Counted from the whole stretch's first letter, positions 1 to 12,155 are shown. The stretch: DNA of 63,422 bases, filler included, from Licmophora abbreviata (GCA_900291995.1; 7 parts of 7 records of this genome joined end to end with filler, not necessarily neighbours in it), one strand, 5' to 3'. Translations and numbers: made by a program. The notes: generated by a model from the sequence alone, not told the origin.

Positions 1-145
1 CATTTCCGAACGCTTTTCCCGCCAAACTCGTCCGAACGCAAAGCGCGAACTTTTCTCGGCACTTTTTCGCTCTGTACCTTCTATAAAGTTTTAGATGACT
101 TTGTTCGCAGCGAGTGAGAAAGTGTATTGACAAGGAAGCCCGAAT

Positions 146-1071
146 ATGAAGACACGAGCACAGGTTCTTCTGATCATTACCCTGTGCACCCGTTTGTCGG
201 CATTTGCGCCGATCGGATTCAAGAATGTACGCTCGTCAACCAGCATGGTGGTCAGCGAGACTAAGGTGAGTGAGTTGGAATTCTCGTTGCGTCCACGAAG
301 CGTACCGTATGTCAAAGGTATACGTGATCTCAATGGTCCGTCATCGGTTTGTACCTCTGCTGCTGTAAATAGGAAGATTTGAAGGAACTGGCGAAGAAAC
401 TCAATCCTGTCGTCGGATTTTGGGATCCGTTCAATCTGGCCGATGCAGAGTTCTGGGGAGCATCCAACGAGGCGACGATTGGTTTTCTCAGACATGCTGA
501 GATCAAACATGGTCGTGTCGCCATGTTTGCCTTCGTAGGCTATTGCTTCCACTCCTTGGACATCTTTCGATTCCCATGGGCCATGCAGCTCGACGGGACC
601 CCCTTTCCGTCGGGTACAAACCCGCCCGAGCTGTGGGATTCCATCTCAGACGAGGCGAAGCTTCAGATCTTCGGCCTCATCGGTTTCCTAGAGTTTTGGA
701 GCGAGCGATCTACTCCTGAACATAAACATTACATGGTTGGAGGGCGGCCTGGAGACTATCCTGACTTTGGTGAGTTCTTACCACTCAGTCTCTACGACCC
801 GTTCAAGTTGTCCAAGGGCATGCCCGAGGCATACAATGAACGACGCCTACGTGCCGAGATCAACAACGGAAGACTGGCTCAGATCGCCATATTGGCATTT
901 CTCTCCGAGCAAGTTGTTCCGGGGTCAGTCCCTGTCATTACTGGCATTGTTCCGGACTATGACGGAGAAATCATGGCGCCTTTTACGGAGAATCTCCTGG
1001 GCGAAAAACTAGGTGTCAGCTGGCCCGTTACACTTCCTACTCTACCAATAGCCTTGCAGAATTTGTGGTGA
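146..1071 (+). CDS. Light-harvesting fucoxanthin-chlorophyll a/c-binding protein (LHC/FCP), plastid-targeted; exons 146-265, 373-1071
   Basis: Signal peptide ending in SAF-AP; GTGAGT...TAG intron joins ETK to EDLKELAKKL in frame; motifs GFWDPF, LRHAEIKHGRVAMFA, YDPF, AEINNGRLAQIA. Confidence 0.95.
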
Positions 1072-1125
1072 GATCATTGCACTTCCTCTACCAATAGCCT
1101 TGTAGAATCTGTGGTGAGGTCATTG
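1031..1125 (+). repeat. Imperfect tandem duplication (~47-49 bp x2) spanning the LHC stop codon
   Basis: cacttcctactctaccaatagccttgcagaatttgtggtgagatcattg (1031-1079) followed by cacttcctctaccaatagccttgtagaatctgtggtgaggtcattg (1080-1125). Confidence 0.9.
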
Positions 1126-1182
1126 TCGTTTTAGTGCTCTGCACTTGCTGTCTATATCTTTTTTAATGAAGCAGTTCAGCCT

Positions 1183-2963
1183 TTAATCCGAACTCTTGTC
1201 AGACGACGCGTCGCTACCTTCGTCATCGCTTTCTCTGGCATAGTCAGCGACGTTATCCGCAACTTCCAGAGAATCACCGTCATTGTCATAACCAACATCG
1301 TCACGACGCAACTTCACAATGCCAAACCGATTCTTCGCTCTAGCAACGCGACTCCATCTTCCTAAACGAGGCTCTTGGCCCACTGCGACAACACAGAATC
1401 GGGCCTTCGGTCCGACTGCAATACCATTGATAAAGCCGTGCATTGGGATCTCGTTTAGTCGCTCTAGTCCCCGGTCATCCGACGTTGAGCCTGTAGCAGC
1501 CTACCATTTCAGTTTAGAGGGCGGAAACAACATGTGAGACACTAAGAAAATAATCTCGAAATCAGTAGTGCGTTCGTACCTTCCACAACCGAATATATCC
1601 ATCATTCGAGCCAGTAGCGACCATGTCACTGCCTTTGAGAGCACCGATGCTAGCAATTCCTCTTCCAGATTGTCCGACATCATCCTTGCCATGCGTGAGA
1701 TCAATAGCATCAACAGCCTTCTTCTTCTCAGTCACCCATAGACACAAGTTGCCATCCGTGTGACCAGTGACAAACCAGTCGTCCTTGAGACAGGTGACAC
1801 AGTCAGCCCAAGCAAGCTTGCTTCCTCCGCGAAAGATCAAATGCGTGTCTTCTGCTAACTTCCATGCACGAGCCGTCCGATCCATTCCCACAGAAATCGG
1901 TCGCTCTCTCCGGTGGCAATCTATCGAGGTTACGGCTGACTGGTGTCCATACAGCGTTTCTAAATAGGCCATTTCATCGAGGTTGTAGTGACTTGATGAA
2001 GCAGATGGTGAAAATGGTTAGCCATGATTTTAACAAAAACATTGCAAACACCACAACAGACACTCCCATCACTTACCGAATGCATCGATCTTCTGAGCTC
2101 GAGAAGAGCTGGTTTGACTGAGTTCGAAAGCAAAGAGACGTAACAGGTCCCTTGTGGCCCTTAAAAGATGTCACGAGACTTGTTTCTGTATTCTTGCTAG
2201 ACAAACGAATATCGAAAATTTGCACCGTAGCATCTCGTCTCCCTACTGCGGCATAGCGACCATCGTCTGAACAAGCCAGAGATAAGGCTTCTCCGTTTCC
2301 TCGTTCATTTTCTGCCGCACTCTTCTTCCACGACGGACAAATGTATGAGAGTCGCTTGCCGTGTTCGACGTCCCACAGAATAACCGAATTGTCTTTTGAT
2401 CCAGATAGTGCACGTTCACCGCTCCAGAGCAACGCGACACTTGTCAGTGCCAAGTCATGCCCCCGCAAGTAAGAAACATTCCCAGAGGCGACCCACTCCC
2501 TCGCTTCCTGTTCCGCTGGCGTGCTCGGAACCGTCTGAACTTGTCTGTGCATCCAAGACACATCGCTGGCGACATGCTTAGCCACGGCTCTTTCGAATGT
2601 CCCTTCCCGCTTGAGACGCTCTCGTTGCATCTTGCGCCCTATTCGGTCTCGCATGCCCGTCGCTGCGTCGTCGATATCTTCGCTTTCAGAGGAGCCCGAC
2701 GAAGAAGACTCAGCATCCTCCAACTTTTGCAGGTATTCTCGTGCAAGTCGAACTCGTTTCGTATCCAATGTCTCTTCTTCTTGCTCTTCCTCATCTTCCC
2801 TATGCTTCTCTAAATGCCCATCGCCATCATGTACTTCCTCCTCATCAGATTCGATCTCATCGTCGTGGGCTGACCACGCCAAGTCCACCGCCTTCTTCGC
2901 CCTCTTGCTTACTGAAGACGACTTTCCTGCTGTCGACCTATGTTTTCGTCGTAAACCAGACAT
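1183..2963 (-). CDS. RRP9: U3 snoRNP WD40 protein RRP9/U3-55K; exons 2963-2077, 1991-1580, 1500-1183
   Basis: Acidic N-terminus with KRVRLAREYL; WD repeats GHDLALTSV, GHKGPVTSL, YLETLYGHQ; C-terminal VAVGQEPRLGRW; both introns GT-AG and frame-consistent. Confidence 0.93.
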
Positions 2964-3086
2964 GTTTGGTGTAGTCACGATGAGAGAACTGTTGCTGCGA
3001 TGACGATTCCTAGACTACACCAGCCTAATCACATGGGGCCAGATTCACTGCATTGTTCGAAACGGGAGATTTGAGATTTGCTTGCC

Positions 3087-3096
3087 GCGCGCCAAA
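3087..3096 (-). promoter_or_regulatory. TTTGGCGCGC (E2F-like) motif upstream of RRP9
   Basis: Plus strand GCGCGCCAAA, about 125 bp upstream of the RRP9 ATG; same 10-mer upstream of NOP16 and PWP1. Confidence 0.5.
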
Positions 3097-3479
3097 GTTT
3101 CGTGGTCATAAGAAAGCTAGTCTGCACTTCGTACGGAGTGAGTCAGTCTGTGCTCGGTGAAACGACGAAATTTATGAATGCGACACAAGACATTCCTCAT
3201 TCCCACAATGCGCGAGCTCCAATACTGGCTGCACTGGCGATGATGCGGCAAGGAGCATAGTACATGGCGATTCCCGGACCTAACAACAACGGCGCAGTGG
3301 TAGCGCCGCGCCTTGTTGGTGGGTCCACATAAGGTTACAACAGTAAAGAGCAGGACGAATTCTCTTCATATGTTCTCGTTCCTGCGCAGCACCTTGTGCT
3401 GCACCTACTCGTGGTAGCATCATGTTCTCATTGTAGCTGCTCTCGCCGGGTCCTCGTCATCGGGAGTTCGTCCGCAGCA

Positions 3480-3700
3480 CCTGAAGCTTCAGCTACTACT
3501 ATACTCTAGAGTAGCTATAGGAAGCTTTAGAGTACTAGCTACTAGTAGAGTGTAAGCAACCTATGGCAACTAATCTCGCTCTATCTAGTATGCATCACCA
3601 GCATGAGCAAGAACTCACTTCTTCGGTCCTCGTTCTCTAGCTAGTTAATACTACTCGGAGTAGTAGCTAGTAGTAGCTACTACTAGGAGTCTACTGGAAG
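3480..3700. repeat. CTAG/TAG/CTA-rich low-complexity palindromic island
   Basis: Dense TAG/CTA trimers; perfect 20-bp palindrome CTAGTAGTAGCTACTACTAG at 3667-3686; no ORF of 60 aa or more between 3261 and 4071. Confidence 0.7.
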
Positions 3701-4071
3701 AGACCTTTCTTGACTGCCCGGCCAGCACGATGGAGACGAGCTGGTGCATTGCAGACCATCTAAGCAACGTGCTCTCCTCTTGGAACAAAGGGCCTTCTCC
3801 TCCCATTCAATGACCGCTCCATCACGCCTTGGGCGGACTCAACTGACTCATCGTACGCACCACGGACGGGCGGGAGGGACGGCGGGACGCCTGCGCGCAT
3901 CTTGACTCATTCGACTCACCCTATCATTGAAATCTGAAATCTCGAAAATCGCAACTTTGAGAAAACTCCAAACTCAGCACGCTTTACACCGACCTTCATG
4001 GGGATGCCGCTTCAAACTGAAAGGCCAGTCACCTCCATATTGTCGACCAAACACGACGCCTGAATCACAAA

Positions 4072-7000
4072 ATGAAAGCTGTACGTAAACATGGTCGTCA
4101 GAATGCAGTTGGCGAAGTAGCAAGCTTGCAAAATCCGTCGGCTGTTGCCGCGCCGGTGTTGACTAGCACATGTCCAACTACCTTCGAACTGCGAGGAATA
4201 TCAATTCATTTCCCCTTCGAGCCTTACGATTGTCAACGAGATTATATGGGGAAAGTTCTCGACGCTCTGAATCGGGGTGAGAATGCCTTGCTAGAATCAC
4301 CAACTGGAACTGGCAAGACACTCTGTCTCTTGTGTGCGACGCTGGCGTGGCAACGAGAGCAGGCGCGACTGCTACAGCAGAATAGGACAACTCAAGTACC
4401 TGCTTCACAAATCGACAATTCCTCATCGCATGCGTCGTCGAATAAAGCTCCGACGATACTCTATGCGTCTCGTACACACTCACAGCTGTCCCAAGTCGTT
4501 CGAGAGTTGAGCAATACAAGGTATCGTCCCAAGCATGCCGTGTTGGGCAGTCGCGAGCAGATGTGTGTTCATCCGAAAGTCAAGACAGCGACAGCTACCG
4601 CGTGGGAAGTCAATCATGATTGTCAAAAGCTGAATAAGGAGCGAAAATGTCGTTACCGGAATCAATTGGAGGGCTTTCAGCCCGACCAAACCGTGCGAGG
4701 GGAGGCAGCATCAATTCAGCCCGTGTTGGACATGGAGGACTTGGTCGCTATGGGAAAGACGCGCAAAGTCTGTCCATTCTACTATACGCGATCGCTAGTA
4801 CCTGATGCAGAGCTAATTCTGATACCCTACAACTATCTTTTCGACAAGGACGCTCGCGAGTCGACTCTTGCGGAGGTGCCATGGGACAATGCGATTGTGA
4901 TCTTTGACGAAGCCCACAATTTGGAAAGCTTTGCGAGCGACTCGGCTTCATTCGACTTGACGACGCTTCAAGTGGCAGGTTGCATCGCAGAAGTAACGAG
5001 AACCGGTCACTATGCTGAAGCGAATCCTGGATTTTCGGAAATCATTTCGACTAGAGACCTTGTACGTCTGAAGTCACTTTTTCTGAACATGGAAGCGTTC
5101 ATGCTGCAAAGCATTCCACCCAAGCAGTCTGTGTACAGTGGAGAGTACATGTTGGAGATTCTCACTAAGGGCATGTCAATCAATCATGCAAATCACACTA
5201 TATTCCTGTCCGAAGTGGCTAAGGTGACGGATCTATTGCTCGAAATACGCGGGAGCTCGTCGTCCAGCAAGACTGGTGGCTCGCCGCAGCTAGAAGCATT
5301 CGCCGGCTGCGTGAAGCGTGTTTTCGGAGAATCGACAGAAGCCCGTTGTTTCGCCAAGGCCCAGTGCTACAGAGTTCACGTAACTGCCAGACAGCATGGC
5401 GCGGGTCGGACCATATCTTACTGGTGCTTTGCGCCATCGCTTGCCATGCAAGAACTGTCGAATCTCAATGTTCGATCAATCTTGGTTACCTCTGGTACAC
5501 TTTCTCCGCTACCGAGTTACAGCATGGAGTTGGGACTTCCTTTTCCACACACGTTGGAGAATCCACACATCATTGAAGAAGACCAGATCCATGTTCGCGT
5601 CGTTGGACACGGCGTGAGCGGAAAATTGCTGACGAGTTCTTATCAGCGCCGGGACGACTCTGAGTACATTCTGGAGCTGGGAAATAGCCTTGTCAGCTTC
5701 GCAAGAATTATTCCGGGAGGAATGCTGATCTTTTTCCCCAGTTATGGTGTCATGGAGATGTGCGTGGAACGATGGGGAGGACCATCCTCCCGAAAGTCAC
5801 AGTTCGCCAGCCAAGCCAAGGACAAGTTCTTTCAAGCTCGTCGGCGCAAGGGGTCGTCATTGTCCAATCAATACGCGTTCCCACACGCTCCCGACTACTA
5901 CGCGAGAAGCAATGACCCCAGCACTCCATGGAAGCGAATGTTGTGTCAGAAAGCTATCGTCCTAGAACCAAGGTCCACGGGCGACTTGTCAGATGCCATC
6001 GGTGAGTTTCACAAGTTCTTGGATCGGCCCAAGTCTACTGGCTGCATTCTCATGGGAGTGTGTCGCGGTAAAATTAGCGAGGGGATCGACTTTCGTGACA
6101 AGATGTGCCGAGCCGTCGTCATTACGGGACTCCCCTTTGCTCCCTACCTCGACCCAAAAGTTAAACTCAAACGCGAATACCTGGATGGGGTAAGGGCCGG
6201 AGAACGAGTGAAGGCGTCCGGCGAAGGCGGATTTGGAAACAAAGCTACGAGCAAAGCCGCAGCGAGACCCATCACTTTGTCCGGAGCAGAATGGTACACG
6301 CAGCAGGCGCACAGGGCTGTAAACCAAGCAGTGGGCAGAGTTATACGAAACAAAACCGACTACGGGGCCGTACTTCTTCTAGATTCTCGATTCGGAGAGC
6401 CGCGCAACCAACAAGGGCTAAGCAAGTGGGTCCGCCCTCACGTGCGGCAAGACGGTGAGTTCGGCATTGCTATCGGGAACCTAGTACGGTTCTTCAAGGC
6501 CGCTGGTGCGAGAGAGAGGCAGCGTTCAGAAACTGTCCATTTGGAGAGGGGCAGGAACATCACACTAGCATACGAGAACGACAAGCTGTTCGGAAGCGCT
6601 CGTAGTCCCATCGAGGTTCTTGGGCCCTCAACGACCAAAATTGCGGTCATACAAAACAAAGCATTGGATGCTGGATCCAGTGAGGGTGATGCGAACGTGT
6701 CGGAGGGCAGCAGTGGTTTTTTCCCTCCGGACCGAATCCTCGCCCATGTGGAGCTGAGGGACATGGAAGCACCAAAGGGACCAGTGCAAAGCGAACTGCC
6801 GAAAGCTATTCAGCAGCCAGTGCACGGGCTTGAAGCCCTGTACCGTGGCAAGAACGTTGCCTCGACAAAAGCAATGTCATTACGTGAAAACTCAGACAAG
6901 GTCTCCAGTGCTTGGGGAGATGTCGACGTTTCGAAATTTTCTGAGAGACGAGCCCATAATCTGTCTTCTCTTGCCAGCAAGCGACCACACGAGGCCGCTC

Positions 7001-8461
7001 GTTCGTTTTCTTCGAATGGAACGAAAAAGAAGAATGGAGCTGCCGTTTTCTTTCAGAAAGCGAAGGCCGAAGCGTTCGCCCGAGGATCTCGTGTCTATTC
7101 GGAAGGCTGTCATCGAAATGAAAGGCTACGGAGACAAAAGGGACGTGACATCATATCTCCGCGCAGCGCGTGGGCTAGTTCATATCCTCCTCCGATACGA
7201 GAACTTTGACGCTGCCTCTCCCAGCGGAAAGATTGGGATGCTGGAACTATTTTACTCTCTGTTGCCGCACGCTTACCGGGGGGATGTCGAAAAACTTGCT
7301 TTGCGTATGAGCTTCAGACGGAGTGAATTCCACAAGCACATCAAAACTATTTTAAATCCAGCAGACTTCACCCAAACAAGTTCAAATGCTGAAGACCTGT
7401 TGCTGAAACTTCATTGCCAGGGCTCGTCAGCATCATTCACGCCCTCAGCCTACCTTCGCGAGGCGCGGTCGATCATAAAGGTCATCATCACGAGTTCAGA
7501 CTTGGACAATGCACCTAATTCTTCTCGAACAGATCTGGTTAGGCTTTTCCTTCGATTGGTCCCAAATCGTTTCACGAGTGCAACCTATGCCCTTATCGAG
7601 GAATTGAAGTCCACACGACGGATTCAGGTGCTGAAACAGGCAGAGAAAGCCAATTCTGGTGAACAGAGTGTCGACACAAGAATATTCAAGAAACCTAGGG
7701 CAAACCCACGGAAACCTACCATGGCAGAAGACTCCACACCAGACGAGGCCGAAACAAGAAACGCCATGGAGTCGGCTCTCATGCGAGCAGAAGAGTTGAA
7801 CTCTGAACGGCGCGAGCGTCTACGTTTGCCACATGCACTCCCCGTACCAATGTCTCACAGGGCGAATCCGTATGCGACCAAGCCCCAAACTGCCCCCGCT
7901 TCTGTCATTGCCGTCGCGAAGCCGGAACCGTCCCATCGCGACGATAGTCGTTCTGCAAAGCGTATCTGTCGATCGACCTCGAGCTCGCCTTCCACATATG
8001 ATCCGATTGTGGGCGTTCTTCGTGAAGCTGAGAGCACCTCATTCGTTGACAGGCGTCAAAGAAACGATGGCGCGCAGGAGATACGCAGCAACCTACCTCG
8101 TGGCTTTAAATGTAATATTTGCGAGAAGCCCCCCGAGAAGGTAAGCTCCGACCTCAGCAACACCTTTCTATTTGTCTGTTTGGAAGAAGACTGACTCAAA
8201 TGCTATACATCTTGCCGCATGCTCCGATAGGTCTTTCTTGCGAAGTGTGGCCACACTGCCTGTTCGACTTGCTGGTCGCAGTGGCTCCAGAAGTCACGCA
8301 CATGTCCTCATTGTCGTGAGCCTGTCGAGAAAGATCAGCTCGAGAGGGTGGTCTTCGAGAGGACGGCTGGTGCAGGTGGGCCCACTCTTTCGACACCGTT
8401 CCCGCGAGACGACGACGGCGAGTCGTCCGAGGAAGAGGAGCTAGAGCTGATTCTAGGCTAG
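4072..8461 (+). CDS. RTEL1: RTEL1/FANCJ-family Fe-S DEAH helicase with C-terminal RING finger; +1 frameshift near 7070, intron 8141-8230
   Basis: LLESPTGTGKTL, YASRTHSQLSQV, Fe-S cysteines (SREQMCVHP, CPFY), IFDEAHN, TSGTLSP, GKISEGIDF, RAVNQAVGRVIR; spliced C-terminus CNIC..CGHTACSTC..CPHC. Confidence 0.88.
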
Positions 8462-8776
8462 CGAGCCGCTGTCTGTGCCCTTTAGGAACACGCCACTTCC
8501 CCCGACATTTTACAGTACTACATATGAGCCATAAGGGATCTTCTTAACCTCTGTTTCGTATGTAGTTGACAAACAAGATTCTTTAGCTGTATAATATTCC
8601 TGTGAGCTAGCATAGCTGTGTACAATAGTGTAAAGTCTAGCGCCTGTAAGTATGTACAGAGGCGCTCCGCTGGTGGTTGGTCTTGACCGGCGTCGACAAG
8701 CCGTTTATTCGACGAGGTCCGCCGTTTATCTGCAGGTGAGCTGATAGAAAGACACTCAAAGAAGACAAAATTCTCT

Positions 8777-9538
8777 CTAGTCGGCGAACGTCAGCAACGC
8801 AATAGCAAGGAGATCGAGCCTGCTAGTGTCAGGTTTTTCGGGGTAGTCCTTGATGGGGGCACAGCGATTGTGCCTTGCCGCAACGGGCGCGTTGCACTGG
8901 CCCAAATTCCATACAGACGAATATGACCCTTGAGTGTCGTGGAAGTGGACAGGGCTACTCGGAGGGGAAGGAGAGACCATACTGGACCTGTCAGGTCCGA
9001 CACTCTCGAGGCTGATGCGACTCGAGAGCACGCTCTTGCGTGCCGCCGTCGAGTTGCACTTTCGAAGTTGAACTAGCTTCTCGGGGTGTCCCCTCATGAA
9101 GGATGGATGTGCATACATATCTGCTTCCGGGCCTCGGCGAACCTTGGTGAAGCCATACTGGGGAATTCAGAAGGCAAAACAGAGTACGAGTACGTGAGTC
9201 GAGCGTCTCCAAATAGTGTCGGCGGTTGGCGTATTGATGGCGGGAAAGCAACGCGAATAACGTACCAGATTAAGGTTGCGTTGAAAGGAGCTAAACTTTG
9301 AGGTTCGAAAGTACTTGGAAAGGACGTCCGAAGAAAAGCCTGAAACATCCAAGATGCGGAACGCGTTACCCGATTCCGACCAGAAGATGGTCTTCTGGTG
9401 CCGAGGCGCGGACTCACTCAGCTTGAACTCGGACTCGAGCATCTCGTAGAGCCTCCTGGGAAACTGCTGCGGCACACCCCGCTTTCCAGTGCGAGGAAAG
9501 CTCACCGTAGAGAGAGGGTTGACCGAAATAGATGTCAT
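8777..9538 (-). CDS. Heat shock factor (HSF)-type transcription factor; exons 9538-9266, 9157-8777
   Basis: FPRRLYEML, IFWSESGNAF, KYFRTSKFSSFQRNLNL|YGFTK, YAHPSFMRG. Confidence 0.9.
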
Positions 9539-9864
9539 GGTGTCAAGTGTTGTATTCCTGACGGACGATGATTGATTGTGGTCAATTTTGTGGCCACCTG
9601 CTGATGTTTTGGGTGTCAACGTTTTTGAGTTTCCCACCAATCGCAATTCGGAACGCTTTTTATATACTATCTTTTATCCCGTATACTAATGGAATGATGT
9701 GCCAGTCATCGCTAATTGAGCTCATGTCAAAGGACATCACGTCCATAACTCCAAAAAGTACGTCAGACAGAGTATTTCGTACATTTGAGCTGGATTTGAC
9801 GCCGCGTTGTGATGGTTAGCACGGTTCCATCAAACCGGCATTCATATTCTTCTAGTCTAACATG

Positions 9865-10296
9865 CTACATGTGTTGTTGATACACGAGAAACAACTCCTC
9901 CAAGAAATAGAAGAAATCTTGATTTACTTCGTCGTCGTTCCGAGTGCAGTCACCCTTTGTTGTCTACGACAGTCCAGTTCCTAAAGGTCGGTGAATATAG
10001 ACTACCCAAGCTGGTGCGAGATGCCAAGAGTTCCGATTAGAAACAATCTTCCATTTTCCTTGCTCCCTTGAAAACTGCGATGGTCCATGTTCGATAAAGA
10101 AGCCTTCCATACTGCTGCATCCTGGCCCACCATTCAGCCAGATAATAATGGATGTGCGTTCTATGGCTTTGACAGGCGTGCTCATCGGTCGGCGCCATGA
10201 GCCAGTAGAAAAGCTGCTTATGTCCAGCAGGGGCAGCTGATAGGAGTCCAGAGAAAAGTTCCATGTCCTTTGGTATCTTGTCAAGCAAGGGAAGCG
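9865..10296 (-). pseudogene. Serine carboxypeptidase (S10) fragment, disrupted; 5' part lost at gap
   Basis: QLFYW and IIWLNGGPGCSSMEGFFIEHGP lie in different frames; YIHRPLGTGLS (degenerate YIDQPVGTGFS) is followed by in-frame TAG, then homologous-looking NDDEVNQDFFYFLEELF and another stop. Confidence 0.75.
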
Positions 10297-10396
10297 NNNN
10301 NNNNNNNNNNNNNNNNNNNNNNNNNNNNNNNNNNNNNNNNTTAATTAATTAANNNNNNNNNNNNNNNNNNNNNNNNNNNNNNNNNNNNNNNNNNNN
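10297..10396. other. Artificial assembly spacer N44-TTAATTAATTAA-N44 (also at 31262-31361, 43578-43677, 48086-48185, 52771-52870, 57386-57485)
   Basis: Six identical 100-bp gaps, each with a six-frame-stop 12-mer at the centre. Confidence 0.97.
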
Positions 10397-10738
10397 TGTA
10401 TTCCGTGTTTAGTGGCTGCTAGGTACTTTGAAGCGGAAGCGAAGGAAAGGAAGCCTGTCGACAAAGTCCTGCTACGTCTTATCAAGAGCATGTTCCCCGC
10501 TCCCGCCGTCCTCATAGCGTTTGGCGCAGCTTTTCTAGCAACACGGATATCCATCCGGCGGCTGCAAGGGCAAGAGATAATACTCGAGTCAGGGATAAGT
10601 CGAACATGGTTGCTGTACGCTAGCCAACACATCGCGATTGGGGTGGGGTGTGTCCTAGCTGTAGCGACAGCGACTGTTTCTACTGAACGAGAGTTCCAAC
10701 GCTCCATACAGTCCATGATGCGAGAAAAGCAAGAGTAG
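10397..10738 (+). CDS. 3' end of an uncharacterised membrane protein (5' part in gap)
   Basis: Open frame from the gap edge with two hydrophobic segments (PAVLIAFGAAFLAT, HIAIGVGCVLAVATA); converges on the next gene. Confidence 0.5.
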   Translation, partial: CIPCLVAARYFEAEAKERKPVDKVLLRLIKSMFPAPAVLIAFGAAFLATRISIRRLQGQEIILESGISRTWLLYASQHIAIGVGCVLAVATATVSTEREFQRSIQSMMREKQE

Positions 10739-10800
10739 TGGAATGCGAGCCGAGTCGGTCAACTTGGAAAAGAAACAGTACTATATGACGCCACTAACTT

Positions 10801-12005
10801 CTACAACGATGGAGGCGATTCATCGTCTGTGCCTATGTCGTCCCTACGAAATTTGAGACCTGCTTTTTCCATCTGCTTTTGTACATTGGCTTTCTTCTCC
10901 TGCAGCATGATGGACGCTAGTTTGAGACGGTCCAACAGGTTGTCGCAGTCCACTGCCTGTATCCGATACGTCGCGTCTTCCTCTCTCAAAAGCTCGGTCG
11001 AAAAAGCAGCCCAACTTGTTGCTGTAAGATCTTGTGGACCTCGTTCTGACGCAGTGTCCGGCGATACCATATAGCCTTGTGTATCTGTCTCTAAAGCTAC
11101 ATTGTACGCCTGTCGGAAGCGTGCTCGCCGATCTCGCTCTGGTACCTCGTCCGAATCATCGTCCTCGTCGTCTTGGTCATCCTCTGCATAGAATCGGTCC
11201 TCCTGTATAGTGGGAAGCATTTGATCATATAAGGCACAGTGGGTCCGCGATTCATCAGAGCACACACACGACCCTCGTACACGGACGATACACTTACCAA
11301 CTTGGCAATACTCAGTCGGCGCTGCATTTCACCATCCTCGTTCATGTCGAGATTCTCGCCTTTCTTTGCGTCCGTTGCTTGGCTGAGACGATGCTCCATA
11401 CTGGACAACAAGAGCATGAAGTTTTCGATGTGACTGGCTACAAGATTCGGCAGATCGAGGTTCGGTGGAATGTCGTCCGTCAGTTCTGTACAGACCGCCT
11501 TAATGTAAGGTTCTTGCTGCGTCAGCTCGACCAACTGAACCCGTCCCACCACTCGTATCGTTACAAATATACCAAACCCTTCCATTCGATTGTACGCCTC
11601 GACTTCACAAAGCGGCATCGTCTGGATAATTCCAGTGTCCGCCAGTAGTCCCATGCCAACAACGCCACAGTGCTTGTTCATGCAGTCATCGAAGAGTTGA
11701 ATGAATCTCTCTTCATACAAACGCAGCTGTTTCGTCTCTCCTTGCAGGAGCACTTCTTGATAGGGGAACGGGAGTATGCAGACTTCCTTGGGTGGACCCG
11801 CCTCTTCCATGCCGAGTCGCCGATCATCCGAGGTGCCCGGAAAGTCGAAAATGAGATCTCGCCATCCTGCGATGTCCTGCAGCGCTGACTTTGATCTACT
11901 TCGGTGGTATGCCACTGAAGGAGACCTTACAAAGGCTGGTACGGTCCTGCATATCAGGGAAACAAGGAGAAGGAAGGCCGCGAGCCGCATCGTCGTCGTC
12001 GCCAT
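10801..12005 (-). CDS. Stand-alone Lon protease N-terminal (substrate-binding) domain protein, probably plastid-targeted; exons 12005-11298, 11202-10801
   Basis: ILPFP..VLLQGETKQLRLYEERF, IRVVGRVQLVELTQQEPY, LDRLKLA; signal peptide ending VPA-F; no AAA+ or protease domain. Confidence 0.75.
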
Positions 12006-12155
12006 GTCGCCGAGAACAGAACTTTTCCGATGGATTTTCGCCTCGACAAAACGTACGCGTGTCAAAAAATGTCCTTTTGCAACATGCTACATTCCAGATT
12101 CCTTTTGGAAAACAACTCCCATCCACTCATTCTCGTTCGTCAAGTCTCCCCATAC

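Noticed and set aside
3291..3340. GGCGCAGTGGTAGCGC resembling a tRNA D-arm/A-box
   Set aside because: No GTTCRA T-loop/B-box or acceptor stem at a suitable distance, so no tRNA or SINE call
7050..7090. Programmed ribosomal frameshift in RTEL1
   Set aside because: No slippery heptamer or shift-site stop codon; a single-base assembly error is simpler
10341..10352. TTAATTAATTAA repeated six times, as a possible biological repeat or insertion site
   Set aside because: Always centred in exactly 44 N on each side; it is a synthetic six-frame-stop linker
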